This document shows positions 1 through 12,689 of a stretch of 58,691 bases of DNA, one piece after another. The stretch is from Chara braunii (Eukaryota; Plantae; Charophyceae). Below the pieces are notes generated by a model. The model did no database searches. It saw only the letters and a list, made by a program, of their open reading frames with translations, and had not been told where the DNA came from. How positions within the stretch are numbered: the first letter of the stretch is position 1; each line of letters starts with the position of its first letter. Made by a program: the position numbers and the translations under genes. The DNA is taken from contig BFEA01000012.1 of NCBI GenBank assembly GCA_003427395.1, forward strand, positions 3,227,744 through 3,286,434, given 5' to 3'.

Positions 1-74
1 AGACCTTTATTTGTTTCGTGGGTGTTTTGCTGGCTTGTGATGGGGTGTGAACCGACAGTCTGTAGAGTTTATCT

Positions 75-400
75 AGTGTGTGTGAGTGATAGTCTGCTTT
101 GATTTTCGTCACGGGTACCTTGAGGGCAGTGGTTGGTGGTCCCCACCTCCTCAAGAGGGGTATCAGTTGCCGGGCAGTCGTTTATGCTTAACAACAAGGG
201 GTTAAATTAAGGTAGATTATCACTTACAGTGTAATCAGCTAGGGGATTATGCAGACTGTTGAGGGTTCAGCCTCCTCACGAGTCGGTAGGTGTAACTCCG
301 ACGAAACATTTTGTCACAGCCCCTCGTTTGTTGTCCTCTTCTCCCTTCCCTCCCTCTCTGCCTATGCTTTACCGGGAAGCTCTGTTTGACGATATATATA
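75..400 (+). mobile_element. Hammerhead-bearing repeat, subfamily 1
   Basis: Homologous to 24597-24806 (-); hammerhead followed by an ~85-nt module ending GACGATATATATA. Confidence 0.7.
252..313 (+). ncRNA. Hammerhead ribozyme copy, mutated core (CUCACGA)
   Basis: Stems I and II as in the 24678 copy; G5>C in the core and a stem III mismatch, so probably inactive. Confidence 0.75.
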
Positions 401-1284
401 AGAAGTTAAGAACTGAAAGCGGTCAATTACTGTACTTTGCTATGATCTATTGAAGTACAATGATTTGGCAATAGTCCAAAACCGCAAAACGGTTTCAGGA
501 AGTTGGGCGCCGCCCGAGGGTAATTGTTGAACCGCCGGATAACGTATCACGCTACTGCCACAGCTGTTGTCCACAGTGTCATTCTTTCAGAAAGAAAAAG
601 GAAAAATGATTTCTTTCACAAGACATTTGAAGAAAAAGTTGGAAAAAAAAAAAATGGAATTATGTGTGGGGTCCTTGATCGAGGGCCACACTGCTTGTCT
701 CTGCATTTTTCCATTTTCTTGGATGTCCTTTTGCATTATTATGAAGTAATATGAACTTATCATCATAGTATTTATTTAATTTTAAATTTTGTTGTTGCAT
801 GTAACCATATTCTTCATTAAAATCCAACTGTTATTCATATACTTGTATGTGGGGTGGGAATGTACTCGGATGGGATGATGCTTCACTGTGTCATTTCCTC
901 ATCTGGTGCAGCCCTGGTCAGCGTCAGACACAGCCCATCTTCAAATTGCTCCTTAGGGTGTTGCTGGTCTTGATCGAACTTGTCTTTTTGGCAATGTCTT
1001 TTTTGTTCCTCTTTTAATTTATCTCAAATTATGTTTTTTTTTTTTTTTTTTTTAATTTAAAAATTTTAAATGCTCCAATCTATTGTCTGTTGATTGTGCA
1101 CTGTCTCAAGTTTTGAGTACTTTGGGGGCTTCTTTGATCTTCCCTTTCAAGACTTTTATCGATTTTGTAAGCCTTTTTTAGGAAAGGCCTGCATTTCTTG
1201 TTGCCAGCCACTCGCCCTGGCTCAGGGGTAGGGTCTACCGAACCGCGAATCAGGAGTCATAACTGTCCAGAAGTCCTCTCATAA

Positions 1285-1455
1285 ACCACCAGTACCTCTA
1301 CCAGTGTACGGCCGCGGGGCGTTCACGTTAACGCCCCACGATTTTCGGGAGCTTCGCGGCCGTTCAGACTTCACATCTGCGGTCAACGTCGCAGCGCAGG
1401 CCTCCAAAAGTCGCGGGAGGAAGTTGCGGCCATACAACCGGTAGGTACTGGTGGT
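1285..1455. mobile_element. MITE family B (TTAA-flanked)
   Basis: ATAA|ACCACCAGTACC..GGTACTGGTGGT|TTAA, ~30-bp imperfect TIR. Confidence 0.7.
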
Positions 1456-1487
1456 TTAAACTTCCGTCACATTCAATATTCTCTTAA

Positions 1488-1631
1488 ACCACCAGTACAT
1501 CCGGAAAAGGAGATCGACCCTCTCCTAAAAAACAGGAGGCGGCCATGAACCGCCGATTCATTTTATGGGCGGTCCATGGCCTCTGATTTTTTAGGCGAGG
1601 CTCGATCTTTTTTTTCGGATGTACTGGTGGT
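1488..1631. mobile_element. MITE family B (TTAA-flanked)
   Basis: TTAA|ACCACCAGTACATCCG..CGGATGTACTGGTGGT|TTAA. Confidence 0.75.
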
Positions 1632-2452
1632 TTAAGGACCGGATGGTATGCATAGAGGCGGCTGATCAGGTAGCCGAATAAAGGGCTTATTAAGTACACC
1701 ACTAAAGGGCTTATTAAGTACACCACTGCGAGGACAGGGATTTTTTAAACGAGACTTTACACCCACGGCAAGGTGTGGAAATAGTCCCCATGGATCATGC
1801 TGACATATTCTTCAGATTCTACAATCACTCAGAGAATACTCGGTATCCTGAATTACTAGTCTTTCGTGGACAAAAGATCGTCATGATGGTCAATATTTCA
1901 CTCACCTCCTGAAGTAATCTTGTGCTTAAAGTTTGAACTTAGCTTGCTTGAAGGAGTCGGCGAGTTCTGCAGTGTAAACCTGGATGAATGGGCATCTCAA
2001 GAATTGGCTGCAGCTTGACATAGATGTTGCTGGCTCTCTTTGCATCGTGAAGGACGATGGAGTAAGAAGGTGATGATGGCAGATTATGGTTCTGTACTTT
2101 TCTTTTCTTGGTACTTTTATAAGCTTCGTGGTATATATGCTGGTGCATGATATATTGTTTATGCCTACATTAGGTGATAGGTTTGATATGTTCCCAAAGT
2201 AAATCCCCCTTGTCAACAACCCCCCTTATCAACAACCCCCCTTATTAACAACCCCCCTCATCAACGACCCGATACTTAGGCGAAGAGAATGTTTATCTCT
2301 GCTGATTCTTGATTGTATATTTGCAGGTACTAACTTGTATGATATGATTACTTCGCTTTTTCTGTTGTTATCGCCGTCCTATGGCTGTGTGCATATGGGG
2401 GCGGGTGTGTGTGTCTGTGGTGTGAGTGGATGCATACTCACTCGCCTAACAG

Positions 2453-2829
2453 GGAAGTGGGAGCGTGGTAGGTTCGTGGGAGTGACACTGGTAGATAAGG
2501 TTTTGGCGGTGATGGGCTTTGGCAAGGTAGGCTCGGAGGTTGCTAGGCGAGCAAAGGGCCTGGGGATGCATGTCATAGCTCATGACCCCTACGCGGCCCA
2601 TGATCGGGCCAGGGCAATGGGCGTGGAACTGGTGTCGCTGGAGGAGGCGCTGGGTACTGCCGACTTCTTCTCCCTGCACATGCCTCTCACTTCGTCCACA
2701 GAAAGGATGTTCAATGATGCCGTCTTCAACAAGATGAAGGATGGTGCACGGATCATTAACGTCGCCAGAGGAGCGGTCATCGACACGCCTTCTCTTATAC
2801 GTGCTCTCGACTCTGGAAAGGTTGCACAG
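2453..2829 (+). CDS. PGDH: D-3-phosphoglycerate dehydrogenase, internal exon (NAD-binding domain)
   Basis: cag|GGAAGTGG acceptor and CAG|gtgcgt donor. Translates GKWERGRFVGVTL..LAVMGFGKVGSEVARRAKGLGMHVIAHDPY..FSLHMPLT..IINVARG..ALDSGKVAQ, typical of plant PGDH/SerA. Upstream exons lie outside the window. Confidence 0.96.
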
Positions 2830-3230
2830 GTGCGTCAACACTTATTGCTCCTTCTGCTGCTGACTCTGATATCTGATTTTTGGGGGGCTGATCAGTCTAG
2901 CCTGCCTCCCCTTTTTTTTTGGTCGATTGCAAGAATGGAAAAGGGTGAAAACGATCTCCTATTCCCGCTAAACTACCCATGAACCCACAAATTCTTTCAG
3001 CCAGTGTAGCTGGGGCAAGCCGGCAATTAGAGGGGGGCTGTGGAGGTCTCCTCGGAATATTCAACTGTCAATTCCTGACAATAATGTAAATACTAAATCG
3101 AGACAGGAACGATGAAGAAAGAAACAAGAACAGATTACAATCATGGAAACTCTTGATATCCCCGACATGCATTTATTGAAAAAAAAAAACTCATGCCGGC
3201 ACACGAAACACACCGCCGGGCCGGGCCTGT

Positions 3231-3322
3231 ATTCGGTATGTCTGTTAAAACTTAAAAGTTGAACCAAACAGACAGAAGATTAGCAAGGCCTTGTGAAGAA
3301 TGAATGACACACAAATCGGAAA
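3231..3322 (+). pseudogene. U6: Highly decayed U6 snRNA pseudocopy with A-rich tail
   Basis: ttcgg..tctgttaaaa..acagacagaagattagcaaggcc..atgacacacaaatcg, followed by an A-rich run. Confidence 0.65.
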
Positions 3323-4809
3323 AAAAACAAACAAACATCAGGGCCTATATGAACTCGTTTTTGAAAACGTATGTGGACCCTAGTCCAGGATATTCTCACA
3401 CACNNNNNNNNNNNNNNNNNNNNNNNNNNNNNNNNNNNNNNNNNNNNNNNNNNNNNNNNNNNNNNNNNNNNNNNNNNNNNNNNNNNNNNNNNNNNNNNNN
3501 NNNNNNNNNNNNNNNNNNNNNNNNNNNNNNNNNNNNNNNNNNNNNNNNNNNNNNNNNNNNNNNNNNNNNNNNNNNNNNNNNNNNNNNNNNNNNNNNNNNN
3601 NNNNNNNNNNNNNNNNNNNNNNNNNNNNNNNNNNNNNNNNNNNNNNNNNNNNNNNNNNNNNNNNNNNNNNNNNNNNNNNNNNNNNNNNNNNNNNNNNNNN
3701 NNNNNNNNNNNNNNNNNNNNNNNNNNNNNNNNNNNNNNNNNNNNNNNNNNNNNNNNNNNNNNNNNNNNNNNNNNNNNNNNNNNNNNNNNNNNNNNNNNNN
3801 NNNNNNNNNNNNNNNNNNNNNNNNNNNNNNNNNNNNNNNNNNNNNNNNNNNNNNNNNNNNNNNNNNNNNNNNNNNNNNNNNNNCCCCCTCCTCTTTTTTT
3901 CTACCCCGCCCTCTCCATGCACGCCCCGCTCCACTTGCGCCCATCCCTCTCTCTTCACCCCCTCCACACATCTCCCCTCTCTCTTCTCTCTCTCCTTCCT
4001 CTCCACGCTCCCCCCTTATCTGCCTGTATGTCATTCTCTCTGTTTCTCGAACAGACACATGATGCCCAGTCGCAAATGTGAAGTGACATCCTCCTCCCCC
4101 TTGCACTCTCCCTGACACCCATCAACACGTTCTGGTGGTGGGTTGCAGCACATGTACGCGTGCATTTGATGCAGTGGTCCTTTCTCACACCCACAATTTT
4201 CTGGCCTGTGCTATGCTGTTGGTGCTTTGATTTTTGCATGGCGTGCTTCACATTTCCGTATTTGTTGGCCAGAGAAATACAGGGCCACTCTTCCATTTTG
4301 GAAGGATTGGTTCAGATCATGAATAGAACAAATTGGAATCGTGGAAGTATTGTTGCCAATTTTGCAATATCATTCATGCAACTGAGGATGATAGTTCGTT
4401 GGACTGAAGCCCTAGATAGTCTTTAATGTTAGCACCGAACGGGGTGATTAAAAAAAGAAAAGAAAAAGAAAAAGAAAAAAGAAGAAGAAGAAGAAGAAGA
4501 AGAAGAAAGATAGTCTTTAGTACTCTTTGCTATGGGGATATTCCCTTTGTGCCAGAACCAGGGTGCTTTAGGCAGTGGGGCTCCTGCTGACATATGTGGG
4601 CTTCAGGTCATGGCTTTCATAAAGTTTCATTTGAGTCGCTGAGTGTGGCTTTGTGGAGCAGTTGGGATTCAGGCCATGGCTTTCATTTGAGTCGCTGGGT
4701 GTGGCTTTGTGGAGCAGTTGGAACGTCTAGAGTGTCGTCTGTATTTGACTGGGACCACCATCAAAAATGTTGTGGAAAGGGGTCAGAGAGTGCCAGATAA
4801 GGGGAATGC

Positions 4810-4921
4810 TACCGTCTTCACCCGAATAGAACGCCCGGTCATTAGTGCTGAACCTGTACTGAAAAAAAGTGCCCCAAATACAGCTATAATGACAGGGCGT
4901 TCGATTCGGTTGAAGACTGTA
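4810..4921. mobile_element. MITE family A (TA-ended hairpin, Tc1/mariner/pogo-like)
   Basis: TACCGTCTTCACCCGAATAGAACGCCCGGTCATTA..TAATGACAGGGCGTTCGATTCGGTTGAAGACTGTA, ~35-bp TIRs. Confidence 0.8.
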
Positions 4922-6788
4922 GTAGTGAGGGAGAGGGGTTAACGAATAGGGAAACGAGTCAAATGACAGATTGTTGTGTGAAAGGAAATGGGTTGTTTAT
5001 TTGGTGGTGGTGTTGTGGCCTGAAATCTTAATGAAGGCAGTTCAAGGCACTCAAAAGTAAAAAAAAAAAAAAAAAAAAAAGGCGCGCAAAAGTACATTCT
5101 GTGATGTGTGTTCCATGAGTGACCGTCTTATGGAAATGACTTAGGGAGGGATCTTTGCTGGACCACACACTGAAGCATGGCTTGGTCTGGACTCCATTGG
5201 CAGACTCAGGGCATACTCAGACTACCGGTAGCAGTTTTTTTTTTACTTATTTATGGACGTGATTGCGGTCAGATGCATCCCGGTCTGGCCGTAATTGCAG
5301 TCAGAGGCATTCTGGAAAGTGCTAATGTGAGTAGGCTCTCAGAGGGCTTAAGCTCTGGGCAAGACTCCCATGGACAGTGCATTTTGGACTGCATGGCTTG
5401 GTCACACTAGGGTGCTTTGGTCCCCGGCCTCGATTTTTAATTTTGATTCTTTTTGAATAAATTGGATCGCCTTTGTTTCAAAAAAAAGAAAAAAGGAAAA
5501 AAGAGGGTTCGTGCTGCCACCCCNNNNNNNNNNNNNNNNNNNNNNNNNNNNNNNNNNNNNNNNNNNNNNNNNNNNNNNNNNNNNNNNNNNNNNNNNNNNN
5601 NNNNNNNNNNNNNNNNNNNNNNNNNNNNNNNNNNNNNNNNNNNNNNNNNNNNNNNNNNNNNNNNNNNNNNNNNNNNNNNNNNNNNNNNNNNNNNNNNNNN
5701 NNNNNNNNNNNNNNNNNNNNNNNNNNNNNNNNNNNNNNNNNNNNNNNNNNNNNNNNNNNNNNNNNNNNNNNNNNNNNNNNNNNNNNNNNNNNNNNNNNNN
5801 NNNNNNNNNNNNNNNNNNNNNNNNNNNNNNNNNGGGCTTCTGGTGTCCCTGAAGATTCATACTCTTGGGTGGGTCTTGGACCTGTTTCTTGCCCAACTTG
5901 TTTTTTTTCGTAGGTTGAGGCTAATGATTTGTGAGTTAGTGCAAATTGGGATTAAGAGGATGTGGATATGTGGACACCTCCCGCTCAACCACCCACAGGT
6001 AGGGAAGCTTGCATGTCTTGATGATCTCATTCTTGTGATTGGCAGCAAAAGAGCTTTTGGTAGGTGATTTTGTGACCACACATGCACAGAGGGGAGGGAG
6101 GGAGAGCGGCTCGACAGTCTCTCTCTCTCTCTCACACACACACACTTAGAAACAATGGTCTGGTAGAGAGGGGGACCCACTGCTTGAAAAGTGACTACTA
6201 GCCTTTTTATCACTCCCCTCCCCCCCCTCCCTCACTCCCCTCTCTCTGTCTCTCTAACATACACGTATACGAATGAGAGGAAGGAGGGTGAGAGGGAGGG
6301 AGGGAGGTGCTGCTCTACTCATGGCGGCCTTTCCATTGGGAAGAAGTAGATGTGGTACTGCAAGGCTGCTGCCACGATGGCCGGGATGATGGGGCCTAAC
6401 TTTTTGAAAACAGGTTCCGCGGGCCCCACTTTCAAGTATGCTAATTTGGTAAATTGATGTTTAACACCGAATAATACCGCGAATATCTGGATAGTCTGAT
6501 TGCAAAATCAGGAGAAAAAAAAAGAGTCTTCTTACTCTTCTGAGTCTTCTGAACCTTTCACAATTTCAGGAGGTTCGCGAATGAATGTTCGCGATCTGCA
6601 GCTTCTTGCGCGATCTTCACAATTTCAGGCGCAAGAAGCTGCAGAAGTAGCTTCGAGAATGAATGTTCGCGATCTTCACTCAAAGAGAAAAGACTTGAAA
6701 GTTGAAACGCAAGAAATCAACAGGAAAGGAAAACAGTAAAAGCACTAGTGCTTGGATGCCGCACCTTGCCGAAGCAATAAATTACTGC

Positions 6789-6950
6789 GAGTTGTGGCCT
6801 TGTTTTTATCGTCCCAGCCCCTCCCCAGCATGTGACCACGGTGGAGTTGTGACCTTGTTTTTATCGTCCCAGCCCCTCCCCAGCATGTGACCACGGTGGA
6901 AAGGAGTTGTGGCCTTGTTTTTATCGTCCCAGCCCCTCCCCAGCATGTGA
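6789..6950. repeat. Tandem repeat, 3 x ~55-60 bp
   Basis: gagttgtggccttgtttttatcgtcccagcccctccccagcatgtga. Confidence 0.9.
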
Positions 6951-8166
6951 TCATGCTGCCTCCAAGAGCCATGCTACTGTGGAAATGGCTTTGGCGAAGG
7001 TAGATAGAATGATCAATGACTCTCACTTATGAGGGCTGTAGTGCTGCAACCAATTGTGATAGACATGAAATAAACTCTATGAAAGAGGGGGGATGAAAGG
7101 GGGCCGGGGGGGNNNNNNNNNNNNNNNNNNNNNNNNNNNNNNNNNNNNNNNNNNNNNNNNNNNNNNNNNNNNNNNNNNNNNNNNNNNNNNNNNNNNNNNN
7201 NNNNNNNNNNNNNNNNNACCGGAGGGGAGAGGGACTTGAAGGCAGGGAAGAAGAAGACATGTTCAGATGTGAAACTCGTCACTTGAAACACATCTTAATC
7301 TGAAGAGGGGGGATGAAGGAGGGGGGGGGTGGGGGGCGGTGTTGGAGGGACTTAAAGTACTTTGGCCTGCTATCCCACATGCACCCACCGGTTAATCTGA
7401 GGCCACGAAAAGGTTCGGTCGACTGGAAGTGCTGTGTCCCAAGGAGTGAGGCCGGGCGTGGGGGGTTGTAGGGAGAGATTTGGGTTTCCCAACCTTGGGG
7501 AATTTTTCACTTACAATGGCTTCAATAAAGCACTCTGAAAAGATCCGTGGATGGAGGGTGCATGCTACTTCTTAGGATAAATGTTTTAAGTAGTCATGCC
7601 AACTATCAGTCAGCACTGACCCGTTGGGGGTCGACCTACAGACCGGTTGGCTGACACCAATCGCAGGTGGCAACAACCTAAAAATTTCTTCTTCTTCTTC
7701 TTCTTCTCCTTCTTCTTCTTCTTCTTCTTCCTTCTTCTTCTTCCTTCTTCTTCCTTCTTCTTCTTCCTCCTCCTCCTTCTTCCTTCTTCTTCTTCTTCCT
7801 TCTTCTTCCTTCTTCTTCTTCTTCTTGTCCAGTAAAATGTTGTCCAATCAACCGTGTATGCCTTGAAATTCCGCCTCTATAGAGGCCACCCAGTTCATCG
7901 GAGTATTGCTTGAGTTGGTGGTGATATAGCTTTTCCCCGGCCATCCATGACATAGCACAGTTTTTACGTCTTTTTTTAGTGCGAAAGCGATGAATGTGGC
8001 TTATGCTTTATTGATGTGTTCGGCTGACATTCCATGTTTTATGGACTTTTCTCCTTTTCTCCTTTTCTGACCTGTTGATGAAACTTACTGCAATCATGAC
8101 CAGATGAATTGAGCATGCCCTGGGTGCAGCACGAAACCTCAATTTGGGAAGTGTGTGCAACAGCTG

Positions 8167-8257
8167 TCCGGTCATTATAGCTCTATTTGATGCACTTTTC
8201 AGTCCAGATACGGGAGTAATTACGGTGCGGCGTGCGTTCTATTCGGGTGATTACGGT
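8167..8257. mobile_element. MITE family A, partial and degenerate
   Basis: ccggtcattatagct..cagtccagatac..cgttctattcgggtga. Confidence 0.55.
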
Positions 8258-8337
8258 CGCTTCTTTCTGCATTTAACTCTCCTGGCATCGTTAGCTTTGC
8301 TCGGAAACTGATGATGCATACGGATGTTGTCTCGCAG

Positions 8338-8448
8338 GCTGCTCTCGATGTATTTACGGAGGAACCGCCGCCAAAGGACTGCCCACTCATTGCCAGGGAG
8401 GACATAATTGTGACCCCTCACCTTGGTGCAAGCACCCAGGAAGCTCAG
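8338..8448 (+). CDS. PGDH: PGDH exon (catalytic Glu/His region)
   Basis: cag|GCT..CAG|gt, 111 nt, phase 0/0: [37 protein letters not shown]. Confidence 0.96.
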
Positions 8449-11410
8449 GTAGCGTCATCATCCTCCCGCCATCACTTCCGTTTGCTGTTGGAAATGATCG
8501 TCTGCCTTGAACAAGTCATTTGCTTCAGCCCTTTCTCTCTATATGTTACTTAGCAGTATGGTTCGAGCAGAAACGGTATGCTGACTCTGACAATTTGGGC
8601 CTGGACTCTTGAAGTCAAATTTCAACATGAAACTGTGCAAGGTAAGAGACGATCGAGAATGGAAGCCATGTGTTAAGAATTGAGATGCAGTTTGACTCAG
8701 CCTTTCCCCCCGTTCCAACAATCAAATGGCTTGTAGGCCCCTCTTCAACCCCTCTTGTTAACTCTGTATGTGTCTGTCGGCAAAAGCATTGATCCGTCTT
8801 GCCTGTGCCATATTTTCCAAAACAAAGCTGTGCCGCCGCGTGGGAGCCTTTTTTTTTTTTTTTTTTTTTCCTGTCGTTATGGGCGGAAGCATATCAGTAT
8901 GGCCTGTTTCTTTCCGAAAGTCTGAGCCTGCTTCCATTTGTATCTCTTTCGAGAAAAAAGATACAATGGAATTATGGAAGCCTATTTCTTGTAGGCCCCT
9001 CTTGAACCCCCTCTTTTTCTGTGAAAAGATGCCACAAGCCGGATCTATATGAGTATTGCCTGTTTCTTTCTGAAAGTCTCTGTATGTGTTCACTCTATAT
9101 GCTCATCTTCTCTTTTTCTGTGAAAAGGCGCCTCAAGCCCTGTGCATCGTCTCTTTTTCTGTGAAAAGATGCTGGGGGCTTTGCCCATATTAGGCTTGAG
9201 CTGAAAACCGCGTCCAGCGTCCCTTTATCTGCAACCTTCAGACAAAATTCAAAGCTGGTAGGTATGGGGTAGCAGAAGAGACATTCAGGAAAGTTAGGGG
9301 TTATAGTAGGGTTTAGGGTTTAGGGGGAAAAAGAAGGGCAAGGGAAAGGGAAAGGGTAATCAATGATCATCAGTCACGTTACATTCTCTTGGGCGTCGGT
9401 AGCATAGTTTTCTTTCCTTTTTTTATGTATTAATTGACCAGTTTGTTATGTTGAAGTTGCAGACACTGGGACGCTGGACCCGGTTTCCAGCACAAGCAGT
9501 GTTGCATCCCTGCCGACCGCCGACCCCGACCGCCGACCGTATTGCAGCCGGCCAGTAGGGCCGACCAGTCGGCGGTCTGCCGACCAGTCAGAAGACAGCC
9601 ATCCACTATTTGTTGTTCAGTTTTGAGTCGGAAGTTGTACTGCGGTTGTTGGGTACAGCCCAAATGTGCCAAGAATTTGTGGGGGATGGGGGGATTGTGT
9701 TTGGGTGTATAGGGGGATATAGGGGGTATAGGGGTGGTATAGTGGGTACTGGGGGGGGGGTATGAGGGTGTTGGGGGGCGGTTTGTGGGTGTTGGGGTAT
9801 GGGGGTATTTGGGGTTGGTATGGGGGTGTTCGTGGGGTTGTTAGGGGTTCTGGACCCATCGGTCAGGAAGCATCGCTTGCTGGTGCAGATCGGACGAATT
9901 CTGCCGCGTATAGTGAGGGGGGGCCCTCCAGAGGACGGTGGCTGCACCATGCCATTTTGTGGATTTGCGTCTCCACACAAGCACAGTTCGGTTAGCATGC
10001 ACATGATGCAATCCCTGCTCCGAACACTATGAAGGGATGGATGATCACTGCCAGCCTCTGCCGTACAAATTGGACCTGTTCTCTTGCAATCACTCCCCCC
10101 ACTCCCTAAGTGCTTGCCCGATATGCCGATGTGGCTTTGCCATGCTTTGCTTGAATAACTGTGAACGTTAGCCTGCTTTCCTCCTGGCATGTCAGCAACA
10201 TGCCATGTGTTGTCGATGTTTCCAGGAAGAACATTGTTTGTCCCTACTGCGAGGACTATCGCTGATGCCATCACCCACCACATCCTCTCTGTTGGAGAGA
10301 TGGTTAATGGAAGACCCAAAATTCGGGGTGGTCCAAATACGGTGAAACTGAATACAGATATAACCTAAAGCACACACATATCGGACAAAAAAAAAAAAAA
10401 AAAAGAAGCAAAAATTCAGGCAAATATGGCAGTTTTGGTGAAAAATTCGCCGAAAATGACACCACCTATTAACCACGAGTGATGCCTATACAATTTTGGG
10501 TCTCTGTGTTCCTAGCACGTGCAGGAGCCACGTCGCCTGTGACAGATCATGTCCCTCAAGCAGCATCATTGCACTCATGTACAGCACCTGACATGTCATG
10601 TCCAAGCTGTAGACCGGGGCTGGAACAACAATGCCTATACAATTGTGGCCGGCGTGCCTCTGTGTTCCTAGCGCATATATGAGTCACGTAGCCTGTGACA
10701 TACGTCTACGCCGTGCCATTTGATGGAGCAAGTGCAACTGCGAGAATTGGATGCGGTGCTTCCACAGTCCGCACCCGACCCGGTCCTGTCCAGTCTGTAG
10801 GGGTGGCCGTTTACCGTAGGCAAACGGCAGCTCCTCCTCAACTCAAAATCTTCTGCAACCCAAATAACAACTTTTGGGGTCTGTAGGGGTGGCCTCTTGT
10901 GCCATTATAGAGTAGTCTGCTCTAGTGGTGAGTATGGAGAACCCTGTGAAGTTCGTCTTTCCTCTGTTCTGTCCTTCACCCCTCCACTTCCCTCCACTTC
11001 CCTCCTCTAACCCTTCTCCCTCCCCCGCCTCTCACTTCCTACAGAACTCCACTCCCTACTCCTTTCCCTTCCTCCCTCCTTTTGTGCGCTACTAGCAAAT
11101 GCATAGAAATGAGCATCATTAAGAGAACAGACAAAACATAAGCTGAAGATCTGATGTACAAAGAACAGGAGTGTACCTCCCCCCTTTACTCCGCCTCCTT
11201 TTATAATGTGCAAAGTGGGCCGTTAAGGCACACGTGGATGTCGGCAGCTGGCACTTAGCCGAAGTCAACATGGCCAGCCTTGTACATGAGAGGCACAGTG
11301 AAAGGGAGCCGCGGCAATAACAAATAGACGGGGTACATCGAAGAAACTTCAAGAAAGTCAAAGTAAAGAAAGTCAAGGAAGGGATATAATCATATTATAA
11401 TCATATAACG

Positions 11411-11515
11411 GTGCTTCAGGACGTCTGTTAAAATGGGAATGATAAAGAGAAAATTAGCAAATGGCCCTTGCGCAAGGATGACACACATATATCGAGGAGA
11501 AAAATGGTCCTCTTT
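11411..11515 (+). pseudogene. U6: U6 snRNA pseudocopy
   Basis: GTGCTTCAGGACGTCTGTTAAAATGGGAATGATAAAGAGAAAATTAGCAAATGGCCCTTGCGCAAGGATGACACACATATATCGAGG..AAATGGTCC; ACAGAGA box mutated. Confidence 0.88.
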
Positions 11516-11878
11516 CCTTTCTGAGAAAAGAAAGGGATATAAGTTCATATAACGGATCTATTCTGCTCCATGTTGCTTGGTATAGAGTTAAAAGTTCCGT
11601 ATGTAAAACCGTTTCATCGTCGTTGGAAAGGCTCATCTCATGTGGTATCCTTCATTGTCTGCAATGGAGGGAGAGGTGCATCGATATTGGATCTACTCAT
11701 CTGGGTGGAACAGGGGCTGTGGTGTTTGAAATTTGAAAATCCATATCAATCTGTATAGAGAACGTGACAAAAGTCACAAAACAAACACAGCAAGACCTTG
11801 CGAAGCTCGCCGTTCACGCGGACCAATGTGGCTACAGGCGGGACCGTGCATACGGTCATGCCAGCGGATATCCGAGGT

Positions 11879-12170
11879 CTGAGTGGGTGTGCAGGGTGGG
11901 TCTTATGGCTGTGACAGACTAGGTAGTTTCTCCGATTTACTGCCGTTCTCGGAAGGGGTTTGGATCAACAGCCTGCGAGGATTGCAGGGTTGGTGGGAGT
12001 ACAGTCTATCTACCACTTTTCTCTCTCTCAGAGTCTCAGGGGTATCCCTAACTCTGGGTGATGTGGTTAGTCATTCCACTTATCCATCAGTCAAATGCAT
12101 CCCTGGCAGACTGTCGGGGAATTTCAATCTCCCGACGAGTTGATGAAAGTCCGATGAAACAGTCTGGCCC
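11879..12170 (+). mobile_element. Hammerhead-bearing repeat, subfamily 2 (PGDH intron)
   Basis: Collinear similarity to the reverse complement of 40730-41195 (tgagtgggtgtg.., taactctggg.., ttatccatcagtcaaatgcatcc..cagact). Confidence 0.7.
12107..12166 (+). ncRNA. Hammerhead ribozyme copy, subfamily 2, degenerate
   Basis: CAGACUGUC-GGGG-aauuucaa-UCUC-CCGACGA-GUUGA-ugaaagu-CCGAU-GAAA-CAGUCUG; perfect stem III and GUC triplet, core U4>C. Confidence 0.7.
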
Positions 12171-12332
12171 AGTCGTGCTTTTTCTGTTGCGTTGTGTATA
12201 GCGAACATGACGACNNNNNNNNNNNNNNNNNNNNNNNNNNNNNNNNNNNNNNNNNNNNNNNNNNNNNNNNNNNNNNNNNNNNNNNNNNNNNNNNNNNNNN
12301 NNNNNNNNNNNNNNNNNNNNNNNNNNNNNNNN

Positions 12333-12395
<63 letters not shown>

Positions 12396-12551
12396 AGATT
12401 GAACATGGGAATTACTGGCATGGGTCTTGTGAAAGATGGGACGAAGTGATGGTTTTGGGATTATGATTCTGAAATGAAAGAAATCCTGTGCTACTTCTCT
12501 ACTTCTTACGTAATGGGGGACTGACTGGATGATGGACCATCCTTGGTGCAG

Positions 12552-12647
12552 GAAGGCGTTGCCATCGAGATTGCTGAAGCTGTTGTTGGTGCTCTTCAAG
12601 GAGCGTTGGCCGGTACAGCAGTTAATGCTCCCATGGTACCAGCAGAG
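12552..12647 (+). CDS. PGDH: PGDH exon (not in ORF track)
   Basis: cag|GAA..GAG|gtgag, 96 nt: EGVAIEIAEAVVGALQGALAGTAVNAPMVPAE. Confidence 0.96.
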
Positions 12648-12689
12648 GTGAGTGGATCAGTGGAATTCGCTTCTTGTTCTCGATGAACT

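Noticed and set aside
3304-4118. Long ORFs crossing N gaps (also at 5.4-6.0, 14.7-15.3 and 35.6-36.0 kb)
   Set aside because: Open only because of N runs
7572-7953. Poly-E/S/K ORFs, and similar (CA)n/(GA)n-derived ORFs elsewhere
   Set aside because: Translations of microsatellites
9293-9326. Telomere-like TTTAGGG repeats
   Set aside because: Only 2-3 imperfect intronic units; not a telomere
11411-11515. Functional U6 snRNA gene
   Set aside because: ACAGAGA box mutated and indels present; the other two copies are also damaged
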